In this document: positions 19,169-27,095 of the stretch, piece after piece
Layout of the letters: the number at the start of each line of letters is the position of its first letter
Numbering within the stretch: position 1 is the stretch's first letter
Virus record (IMG/VR): IMGVR_UViG_3300017766_003504
Coordinates: 1 to 45,460 of that record
Direction: 5' to 3' (one strand)
Source: a virus
Lineage: Duplodnaviria > Caudoviricetes
Length of the DNA stretch: 45,460 bases
Position numbers and translations under genes: made by a program
The notes under the pieces: model-generated
Told to the model about the DNA's origin: nothing
The model's database searches: none
Seen by the model: the letters and a program-made list of their open reading frames with translations, nothing else

Positions 19169-19552
19169 ATGTCACTAGAACGCATTGTAATCACATTCAA
19201 CGCCAACGGCACCCTTCGCGGAATCTCCGCGCAAGACTTTGGAGAACTTCCAAAACCTATCACCCAAGCCGAACTTGCCGCGCTCGCGGGGACGATTGAC
19301 ACCGCGACCATAGCGCGTGTTGGCGAACTTGAATCCGCGAAAGGAGAACTTGAGTTTGAGAAACTCGTTGCAGAATCAAAGCGCGCGGAGTTGGTCGCGC
19401 TTGCGGAATCTGGTGATGCGGAAGCGGTCAAAGCCAAAGCCGCAGAGCAAGGGCTTTCCGAAAAAGAGCGGAAGATTGCCCGGCTGAAAAAAGAGCTTGT
19501 TGAGTTGGAAGCGAAGCAAGCGGCACACAGCGCAGAACCAAAAAAGAAGTAA
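19169..19552 (+). CDS. Coiled-coil hypothetical protein (possible fibre chaperone)
   Basis: 127 aa, Glu/Lys/Ala heptads, between two fibre genes. Confidence 0.55.
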   Translation: MSLERIVITFNANGTLRGISAQDFGELPKPITQAELAALAGTIDTATIARVGELESAKGELEFEKLVAESKRAELVALAESGDAEAVKAKAAEQGLSEKERKIARLKKELVELEAKQAAHSAEPKKK

Positions 19553-19556
19553 ACCA

Positions 19557-22500
19557 ATGAGAAGCACAATCCGATTAACCACGCTGGCAGCACTGGCACT
19601 TTGCCAAGTTTCTTGCAACCCACAGTTGCAGGCGGCACCCCCAACCACGGGGCAATTTCTATTCCAGCGCAAAGCCGCATCCGGTCCCTTTACTCCGTTT
19701 GGTGTAACCCCCGTCACAGGTCAAGCTTTCGGTTGGGACGGAACAAACGTGGTTATGATGAGTTCGGGCGGGGCAACCAATTGGGGCGGAATTGGTGGCA
19801 CCCTTTCAAATCAAACTGATTTACAAAGTGCGCTGAATCTCAAGTTGTCCCTTGCCGGGGTGCTCCCGCTTGCGGGCTTTTCAAGCATTACAGGTTCGCT
19901 CCCGGACGCCAATCTTTCGGCAAATGTCCAGTTGAAAAACGGCACACTTGCCCTTTCTAGCTTTGGCAGTGTTACCGGCTCCCTCGCGGATGCCCGGCTT
20001 TCTTCTAATGTCCAGCTTGCCAATGGGACACTTGCCCTTAATGGCTTTGGAAGCATCACAGGAACGTTGCCAGCTGCGCGAGTTGGCGACTTGTCCGCAA
20101 CCTATTTGACAGTTGCCGCTGCCGCTTCCAGCTATCAACCATTGGACGCGGATTTGACTTCATGGGCGGCGGTTACTCGCGCCAGCGGGTTTGACACTTT
20201 TACAGCAACGCCTAGCAGTGCAAACCTTGCTTCCCTTGTTACTGGTGAAACTGGCACGGGCGCATTGGTGTTCGCCAATTCCCCGGCACTTATTACCCCG
20301 GACCTTGGAACACCAAGCGCACTTGTCCTTACCAATGCCACGGGGCTAAGTGGCAGTGCGGTAAGCGGGGGCACCTTTGGGGCGGTGAACGGCAGCGCGC
20401 TAACCGCGCTCAATGCGTCCAACATTTCAACCGGCACACTTGCTGCCGCACGGGTTGGCGACTTGTCCGCAACCTATTTGACCCCGGCAGCGGCAGCGGC
20501 AGCATATCAACCATTGGATGCAGACTTGACCGCTATTGCTGCGTTGACAGGCACCAATACGATTTACTACCGAAGCGGGGCGGCAACGTGGACGCCTGTT
20601 ACTGTTGGCACAGGGTTGACCTTTTCGGGTGGCACGTTGTCCGGGTCAACTGGCACAGGGTCCGTAACAAGTGTTGCAATGACCGTGCCAAGCATTTTCA
20701 GCTTATCCGGTTCGCCCATTACCACATCTGGCACCCTTGCTGTTTCTCTGGCTTCGCAGAGCGCCAACACCATCTTTGCCGGTCCCACAACCGGCAGCGC
20801 TGCCACCCCCGCATTTCGCGCGTTGGTTGCTGCCGACATTCCAAGCCTTTCTTCCGTTTATCAACCATTGGATGCAGACTTGACCGCTATTGCTGCGCTG
20901 ACAGGCACCAATACGATTTACTACCGTGCGGGGACTAGCAGTTGGGCACCCGTCACCATTGGGGACGGTTTGGGTTTCTCTGGTGGAACAATTGAAGCAA
21001 CCAGTGGGGTTGACACCAACGCAACGCTAACCGCTGACAGGCTTTGGACTTTCGGGCAATTCGGGCTTTGGATGCAATCCACAGAACCAGTTGCCGAACC
21101 TTTCATTTTTGAAGTTACTGCCAACACGGGGAGCGTGGATTTATTCCATATCCGCAACCCCGGTGGGACAGTTGTGCGCGTCCCAAGTGACGGCGGTTTG
21201 GTTGCCAACTACTTCACTTCGCTGGCGGATGTTTCCGGCACGTCCCTTACCGCCAGAGGCTCTAGCAGTGGTTCTGTTATTCTCGCGTCACCCGCAACAG
21301 GCAATTCCGGGACAATCACCATTGGGAGCACAACCAACCAATTTTCTTTCACCAATGGAACGGCATCGTTGACTGTCCCCGCTGGCGTTAGCGGCACGCT
21401 TAATTCCATCGCCTTTGTTACGCCGGGCACGGGCATAAACACCTTCCTCGCCACACCAAGCGGGGCAAACCTTGCTTCGGCGCTCACCACGGCTTTGCCA
21501 GCGTCCAAAGGCGGCACGGGGCTTACTTCCCTTGGAACAGGCATCGCAACAGCCTTGGGGGTCAATACTGGCAGCGCCGGGGCACCTGTGCTGTTCAATG
21601 GGGCTTTGGGAACACCTAGCAGTGGCACAATCAGCGGCAGCTTTGTAACTGGTGGCACCTTTGGGGCGGTGAATGGGTCCGCGCTTACGGCTCTGAATGC
21701 GTCCAACATTTCGAGTGGTTCGCTTTCGGATTCGCGGCTGTCTGCGAACGTCCAACTTGCCAATGGGACACTTGCCCTTGGCGGCTTTGGAAGCATTACA
21801 GGCACACTTGCTGCCGCCCGCATCGCGGATTTGTCCGCAACGTATTTGACCGTTGCCGCTGCCGCTGCCGGTTATCAACCATTGGACGCTGACTTAACCG
21901 CCATTGCTGCGCTGTCTGGCACCAACAACATTTATTACCGAAGTGGGGCGGGGGCTTGGTCCAGTGTCACCATTGGGACGGGATTGGCCTTTTCTGGCGG
22001 CTCACTGACTACGGAAATCAACGGTGCCACGGGAACAACTGATAACGTGATTCTCCGCGCGGACGGGACTGGCGCAAAAACTGTTCAAGGCGGCGGGGTG
22101 CTCACTTTGTCAGACACCGGGGCTTTGGGTTTCCCCGATGGGGTTAGCCAAGTCTTCAACCCCAATGGCACCAATTCCGGGTTGAACGTGGGCGCTGTTG
22201 CTGGCGACCCGTCAAGCCCCTCCAACGGAGATTTGTGGTACGATTCAACTGCCAATGAACTAACAGCGCGTATCAACGGTGCAAGCGTGGTGTTGGGGGT
22301 TGGCAGCTTCGCCGTTGGCACAACGCCGGTTACTTCCGGCACCGTTGGGCGGCTGTTTTTTGAGGGTGCAGGCAACGTGATTAGTCAAGATTCAGACCTT
22401 TCTTTTTCCACAGACACGTTGACAGCCACAAAGCTAAACTGCAACCAAGTAGCAATCACAAGCGGGAGCAATATGAAAGCGGGAACATTTGCCTTGGCTT

Positions 22501-22688
22501 CTGGCGCTGCCACTGTATTAAACACCAGTGTTACAGCCAACAGCGTCATTATCGTGACCGTGAAAACGGTTAGCGGCACGCGGGCGGGCAACCCTGATAT
22601 TGTCCCCACTGCCGCAACAGGGTTTACCGCCACGGGCGGCGGTAGTGACAACAGCACTTACAATTATGTCATTCTTGAAGTAAACTAA
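19557..22688 (+). CDS. Long repetitive tail fibre-like protein with N-terminal signal-like peptide
   Basis: ATG at 19557; four YQPLDADLT repeats, 'WGGIGGTLSNQTDLQSAL', 'GTGSVTSV', 'PSNGDLWYDS' fibre modules. Confidence 0.78.
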   Translation: MRSTIRLTTLAALALCQVSCNPQLQAAPPTTGQFLFQRKAASGPFTPFGVTPVTGQAFGWDGTNVVMMSSGGATNWGGIGGTLSNQTDLQSALNLKLSLAGVLPLAGFSSITGSLPDANLSANVQLKNGTLALSSFGSVTGSLADARLSSNVQLANGTLALNGFGSITGTLPAARVGDLSATYLTVAAAASSYQPLDADLTSWAAVTRASGFDTFTATPSSANLASLVTGETGTGALVFANSPALITPDLGTPSALVLTNATGLSGSAVSGGTFGAVNGSALTALNASNISTGTLAAARVGDLSATYLTPAAAAAAYQPLDADLTAIAALTGTNTIYYRSGAATWTPVTVGTGLTFSGGTLSGSTGTGSVTSVAMTVPSIFSLSGSPITTSGTLAVSLASQSANTIFAGPTTGSAATPAFRALVAADIPSLSSVYQPLDADLTAIAALTGTNTIYYRAGTSSWAPVTIGDGLGFSGGTIEATSGVDTNATLTADRLWTFGQFGLWMQSTEPVAEPFIFEVTANTGSVDLFHIRNPGGTVVRVPSDGGLVANYFTSLADVSGTSLTARGSSSGSVILASPATGNSGTITIGSTTNQFSFTNGTASLTVPAGVSGTLNSIAFVTPGTGINTFLATPSGANLASALTTALPASKGGTGLTSLGTGIATALGVNTGSAGAPVLFNGALGTPSSGTISGSFVTGGTFGAVNGSALTALNASNISSGSLSDSRLSANVQLANGTLALGGFGSITGTLAAARIADLSATYLTVAAAAAGYQPLDADLTAIAALSGTNNIYYRSGAGAWSSVTIGTGLAFSGGSLTTEINGATGTTDNVILRADGTGAKTVQGGGVLTLSDTGALGFPDGVSQVFNPNGTNSGLNVGAVAGDPSSPSNGDLWYDSTANELTARINGASVVLGVGSFAVGTTPVTSGTVGRLFFEGAGNVISQDSDLSFSTDTLTATKLNCNQVAITSGSNMKAGTFALASGAATVLNTSVTANSVIIVTVKTVSGTRAGNPDIVPTAATGFTATGGGSDNSTYNYVILEVN
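20505..20926 (+). repeat. Near-identical 68-bp internal repeats in the fibre gene
   Basis: TATCAACCATTGGATGCAGACTTGACC...TACTACCG at 20505-20572 and 20859-20926 (one mismatch); weaker copies near 20133 and 21873. Confidence 0.8.
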
Positions 22689-22700
22689 GTTGAACGCACC

Positions 22701-22871
22701 ATGAAGACCGCTACAAAATCCGCGCAAAAGTCAGAGTCCACGAACGGCAAGAAATACACCAAAGTTGGGAACGCGCCAAGTGGTGAGTGGCTTGTAAAGG
22801 ACAACGCGACGGGTGAAGAAAAGAAAGCGTCTGACTTTGGTGACGTGACTTTGGAAAACACTGATTTGTGA
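22701..22871 (+). CDS. Small hypothetical protein (56 aa)
   Basis: Read by eye: MKTATKSAQK...TLENTDL; its TGA overlaps the endolysin GTG. Confidence 0.5.
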   Translation: MKTATKSAQKSESTNGKKYTKVGNAPSGEWLVKDNATGEEKKASDFGDVTLENTDL

Positions 22872-23425
22872 CAGCGGCGCAAATCAAGGAAGTCCAACGC
22901 AAAGTTGGGACAAATCCAGACGGGTTTTGGGGTCCAAAGTCCATTGCCGCAACGCAAAAGTATTTACGCGCTTTAATGCCGAAGCCAAACCCTTGGCCGA
23001 AAACATCACAGGCGGCGCTTACTGCTTTTTATGGGCGCGCTGGTGATGAGTCAAAGCTTGTAAACCTCCCCGCTCCCGCTCCAATGTTTTATGAAGGCAA
23101 ACGAATCAAAACCATCCGCTGCCATGCAAAAGTTGCGGCTTCGCTTTCCCGTGCGCTCACTGGGGCGCATAGCGTCTTCCCCGATGTTGTTGCCGTTTAT
23201 GGTGGCTGTTACAACAATCGTTCTATGCGCGGCGGTAACACTCCATCCCTACACGCGCGGGGGGCTGCAATAGATTTGTGGGCGTCAAAGAATGGGAACA
23301 AAGCCCATTGGCCGGTTGCGGCGCGGATGCCTCTTGGTGTGATGGAGGCATTCGCGCGTGAAGGTTGGTTGCCTGCCGGGGCATTTTGGTCGCGCGATGC
23401 GATGCACTTTCAAGCAACCCAATAA
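22868..23425 (+). CDS. Endolysin, peptidase M15 family, with short peptidoglycan-binding motif
   Basis: 'SLHARGAAIDL' (SxHxxGxAxD) and 'DAMHFQ' zinc motifs; N-terminal 'PDGFWGPKS'. Confidence 0.88.
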   Translation: MTAAQIKEVQRKVGTNPDGFWGPKSIAATQKYLRALMPKPNPWPKTSQAALTAFYGRAGDESKLVNLPAPAPMFYEGKRIKTIRCHAKVAASLSRALTGAHSVFPDVVAVYGGCYNNRSMRGGNTPSLHARGAAIDLWASKNGNKAHWPVAARMPLGVMEAFAREGWLPAGAFWSRDAMHFQATQ

Positions 23426-23462
23426 GTCAAAAACACTGTTGCCCTAAAAAGCAAATTTCTAT

Positions 23463-23903
23463 ATGAACGCAACTTCTCCGCACATTCACGCACATTCTAT
23501 GTCATCTCCGCTTCTTGCCAGCGCGCTAACAGCAGTTATTACCCTTGCCGCAATCCAAGCCGCTGCAAACCCGGACGCATTTGCAATCGTGGGCGCAATG
23601 CTTGGCACGATTATCATTTTCCTTGAAGCCCGCGAGAAAGGGCGTTCATGGCTCAAGACTGGCTCAAGTGTTATCGGGAGCGCGTTTTGTGGCACAGTGC
23701 TCCCCGGTGCCCTGCTTTGGTTCTTTGTCCCCGAATTTGCTGCCAAGGCTCATTGGCAGATTTGGGCGGGCGCTGGCTTCCTTTGCGGGTTGGCGGGGTG
23801 GGCAACGGTGCTAGCTGCCATCGCAATTTACGAATCCCGGCGCGATGCGATCTTGAAAAGGGCGGCAGACCGTTACATGCCTCGCGGGGGACGCCGTTAC
23901 TAG
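23463..23903 (+). CDS. Holin-like membrane protein
   Basis: 3-4 hydrophobic segments, basic C-terminus, next to the endolysin. Confidence 0.6.
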   Translation: MNATSPHIHAHSMSSPLLASALTAVITLAAIQAAANPDAFAIVGAMLGTIIIFLEAREKGRSWLKTGSSVIGSAFCGTVLPGALLWFFVPEFAAKAHWQIWAGAGFLCGLAGWATVLAAIAIYESRRDAILKRAADRYMPRGGRRY

Positions 23904-23909
23904 CAGCCC

Positions 23910-24194
23910 GTGAAACTCGCGCTTTTGCCCCTCCTAGCTCTTTTGGTGGGTGGTTGCACGTCAATCCCCACCCCAAGGGGCACAGCGCGATTTTGGGGCG
24001 ACTACAAGAGCGTTGAGCTTGTGGATGGTCCTTTTCGATTTTCCGCCACTGACATGAAGCACAGCGCTGTTGCGCGTGCTCACTGGAAAGGCGCTGCCAG
24101 TGTTGGTGCCCAAATTGTTGCCGGGGCAATTGGAGTAAGCCAACCCGCGACCGGCGCGAGTGCGGCAGTAGCAACGCAAGTTTTCTCTCCTTAG
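23910..24194 (+). CDS. Lipoprotein, possible spanin
   Basis: Signal peptide with lipobox 'LLVGGC', C-terminal hydrophobic stretch; last gene of the lysis cassette. Confidence 0.55.
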   Translation: MKLALLPLLALLVGGCTSIPTPRGTARFWGDYKSVELVDGPFRFSATDMKHSAVARAHWKGAASVGAQIVAGAIGVSQPATGASAAVATQVFSP

Positions 24195-24601
24195 AACATG
24201 TGGGCTTGCCCGTGCCGCTCCCTGTTCCCTTTGGCAATGTTTTCGCTGTAAGGGAGAACCTGTAAATTTCCCTTGGTGTAGCCACCCCAAGTAATTTTTC
24301 GGTCTATGTGGTGAATCTTGGGGTCATACGCATTGGCTTCCAAAAAGGTGTAAAGCCACTCAATGTCTAAATCGAAAGGGACACCATTTGCTTTTGCCCG
24401 TTTGCGTAGGTTAGCCAGTCTCGCCTTTAGTGGGTTGCAAGCCCGCCAAACGCGCATCTTGCACCCGCTACAATAGCCCCCGCCCCTTTTGCACTGTGGC
24501 TTTCTGCAATACCTAGTGACACAAATTCCTGTGCGTTTTCTGGTGTTCATAGTGTGTTTAAGCTGTTTGCCGCGCATCCGGGTTGGACGTTTGCGCGGCA
24601 T
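24191..24601 (-). CDS. HNH-type endonuclease with N-terminal Cys cluster
   Basis: 'HHIDRKITWGGYTKGNLQVLPYSENIAKG'; CxxxxC...C...CxxC. Confidence 0.7.
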   Translation of the reverse strand: MPRKRPTRMRGKQLKHTMNTRKRTGICVTRYCRKPQCKRGGGYCSGCKMRVWRACNPLKARLANLRKRAKANGVPFDLDIEWLYTFLEANAYDPKIHHIDRKITWGGYTKGNLQVLPYSENIAKGNRERHGQAHMF

Positions 24602-24679
24602 TACTTAGCCCCCGTGCATTCGCCTTGCCCGTGGTATTGCCCACAGCCGGAACATAGGAACATAATTCATCACCCCCTT

Positions 24680-26086
24680 TCATATTTTTTGCTCTCTGTA
24701 AGATTCCAACATTTGCAGCGCAGAGATTAGCCGGGCTTCGTTTTCCGCTTTGTTCGCCAATGCTTCCGCAACGGCGTCATCCACCGTCCCCGGTGCAATT
24801 AGCCGGTAAACCTTTGTAACGCTCTTTTGTCCACGCCGGGCAAGACGGGCAATCATTTGCTCATAGTACTCCCGTGAATAGGTAAGTGTAATCCAAACAA
24901 TTACGCTGCCGCCATGCTGGAAGTTCAATCCGTGACCCACACTTGCCGGGTGTGCAACCAACATGGGGATTTTCCCGGCGTTCCACTCGCTCAACATTGC
25001 TTCCTGTGTCTTTTCGTTTTTCGCGTCTGCAAAGAATTTGGCTTGCGGGAACAAATGCCGGATGCGGTCTTGCTCGTGCTTGAAAATGGATGCCACAAAC
25101 AATGGTTGGTTCTCGTCCTTGGCAATTTTCTTAAGTGCGTCAAACTTCAAATGGTGGACGTGATGCACCCCCCGCTCTTCATCGTAGATGTGCCCCGAAG
25201 TGAATTGCAGCAACTTGGTTACAAGGGCGGCAGCGTTGGCGACGTTGAGCACCTTTTCCCGGCTAAGTTGCATCACCAAATCACTTTCCAATGTGTGATA
25301 CTGTTTCTGCAATTCGGGGGAAAAGGTAATATCAACGTCTTCGTAGTGGGTGTCCGGGATGTTCAACCAATCGGAGCTTTTCAGCGTAACCGTTATGTCC
25401 GCAATCTTCCCTTCCAGCGTTGCAACAGTGGTTGCCTTTGGACGCCAAGCCTCGCGTTTGCCGCGCTGCGGGGCAAACTGGTTCTGTTCTGGCGCGAAGA
25501 AATAAGTGCGCTTGAACTCCAAAAAGTTATTTCCAAAGCGCTCCCCGCCATCCACCAACCGGACTTGTGCAAACAGGTCTTGCCACGAATTAGGCATTGG
25601 TGTGCCGGTCAACCCCCATTGCCGTTCCACGCGGGGCACCTTGCGGCGGTAATGGTTAATCCGCTTTGCTCCCGGATTCTTTGCGCGGGTCAACTCGTCA
25701 AAAATTACCACGTCATAAGGCAAAGGCTTTCTCCCCCGCCGCTCAACAAGCGAAACAAGGGTGTTCATCCCCTCATAATTGATTGTGTAGATATGCGCCT
25801 TCCCGTTGAGGAAAGCCCGCTGTCCTTGTTCGGTGCGTAGATTGGCGACCTTCATCCAACTAAATTCATCCCAATCCCTTACCTCCATCGGCCAAGTCAA
25901 ATTGGCGACCCGCAACGGGGCAACAACCAAAGCCCCGTGAGCGCTGGCTTCGCTAAAAAGGGTGTTGAGCGTGTCCAAACAGGCGGCAGACTTGCCAATG
26001 CCCATGCCGACAAACAAGAGCGAATCCTTGCTTTCTAGCAGATGGTCCTTAATCCTAACCTGTGGTTCAACGGGAGTAAATTTCAT
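24680..26086 (-). CDS. SNF2-family helicase
   Basis: 'GMGIGKS', 'VIFDEL', 'LTGTP', 'HPASVGHGLN', 'QMIARLARRGQ'. Confidence 0.92.
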   Translation of the reverse strand: MKFTPVEPQVRIKDHLLESKDSLLFVGMGIGKSAACLDTLNTLFSEASAHGALVVAPLRVANLTWPMEVRDWDEFSWMKVANLRTEQGQRAFLNGKAHIYTINYEGMNTLVSLVERRGRKPLPYDVVIFDELTRAKNPGAKRINHYRRKVPRVERQWGLTGTPMPNSWQDLFAQVRLVDGGERFGNNFLEFKRTYFFAPEQNQFAPQRGKREAWRPKATTVATLEGKIADITVTLKSSDWLNIPDTHYEDVDITFSPELQKQYHTLESDLVMQLSREKVLNVANAAALVTKLLQFTSGHIYDEERGVHHVHHLKFDALKKIAKDENQPLFVASIFKHEQDRIRHLFPQAKFFADAKNEKTQEAMLSEWNAGKIPMLVAHPASVGHGLNFQHGGSVIVWITLTYSREYYEQMIARLARRGQKSVTKVYRLIAPGTVDDAVAEALANKAENEARLISALQMLESYREQKI

Positions 26087-26337
26087 TCGGGGAATTGAGC
26101 GGCAACAAAGTGGGGAGGCACCCCACCAAGAAAGCCAATAAAGATTGGGCTTCCGTCCATGAGTTTATGTAGGTCTTCTGGCGATGGTTGCCAAGCAACA
26201 ATAGTCGCTTTAGCGCCGTCAAGGTTTCCACCCTGATAAGCTACGTGACACGCGCGAATTGATTGGCATTGGCTCTCGTCTAAGTCAGAGGGAGCACCTA
26301 GAGTTATGTTGGATTGTGGGAAATCTACGGGTGTCAT
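26083..26337 (-). CDS. Hypothetical protein
   Basis: 84 aa, coupled to the helicase by ATGA. Confidence 0.6.
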   Translation of the reverse strand: MTPVDFPQSNITLGAPSDLDESQCQSIRACHVAYQGGNLDGAKATIVAWQPSPEDLHKLMDGSPIFIGFLGGVPPHFVAAQFPE

Positions 26338-26339
26338 AA

Positions 26340-26666
26340 TTAATAGTCGTCCAAGTTCGGGGCGGGTTTACCCCATTCAACCATAGAGATAACATGCCGC
26401 TTTCCTTCATCCACGTTATCAATCACAAATACTTGTGTCCCCTGTGCCCGAATCTTGGCAATTTCGATTTCCTGTCCAGCGGTGGGCTTGCAACCCTTTC
26501 GCTTAAACTCAATGAAGAAAACCCCTTTGCCCCCCGGCATGATGAATAGCCTGTCCGGGACACTTCGGCGGCTTGGACTGGTGAACTTATAGACCAAGCA
26601 ACCCAGTTGCTTCGCATGGTCACACACCTTCTTTTCGATTACCTTTTCAAGAGGGTCTTTTTTCAT
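26340..26666 (-). CDS. VRR-NUC domain nuclease
   Basis: 'VPDRL...FFIEFKR...PTAGQ' PD-(D/E)xK motif; ends in NLDDY. Confidence 0.9.
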   Translation of the reverse strand: MKKDPLEKVIEKKVCDHAKQLGCLVYKFTSPSRRSVPDRLFIMPGGKGVFFIEFKRKGCKPTAGQEIEIAKIRAQGTQVFVIDNVDEGKRHVISMVEWGKPAPNLDDY

Positions 26667-26869
26667 GTTGAGTTAATTTCCATGCCAGAGTTTTCACCCG
26701 CAGCGGGGGTAGCAGTGAATTTTCTTGTTGTTGTCACAAGCCCTTCGCTTTCCATCTTCTGCGCTTCTTGGGCAAATAATTTGAAGCCGTCACAACTGGC
26801 AACGATAAAGCAGCGTCCGCCGTGAATGCGTAAAAGTGTTTGGATGCGCTGGCGTGGTGATTTGGTCAT
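26663..26869 (-). CDS. Hypothetical protein
   Basis: ATGA-coupled on both sides. Confidence 0.5.
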   Translation of the reverse strand: MTKSPRQRIQTLLRIHGGRCFIVASCDGFKLFAQEAQKMESEGLVTTTRKFTATPAAGENSGMEINST

Positions 26870-27048
26870 GCCTCAAAATATGCAACAGCAATCGCCCATT
26901 TCCAAAGCCTACGTTGGTTTTTCCGTTTATGGATATATGGCTGAAAACACTCGCGTAGGCAAGCGTATCTAAAATTATGCAATACGCGAAAACGCATAAG
27001 TTGGGGAAGGGAAAGCCAGAATTTTTGAAAAACGGGTTTGGGAATCAT
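26866..27048 (-). CDS. Hypothetical protein
   Basis: 60 aa, downstream of an operator/promoter motif at 27069. Confidence 0.45.
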   Translation of the reverse strand: MIPKPVFQKFWLSLPQLMRFRVLHNFRYACLRECFQPYIHKRKNQRRLWKWAIAVAYFEA

Positions 27049-27095
27049 GGTGCGAAAAGGTTTTCACGTCTTGCACCAACACGCAAGAGAAATCT

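Noticed and set aside
20505-20926. Diversity-generating retroelement TR/VR pair
   Set aside because: Both copies are in-frame coding repeats inside one gene, the single mismatch is T/C rather than at adenine, and no reverse transcriptase is visible.
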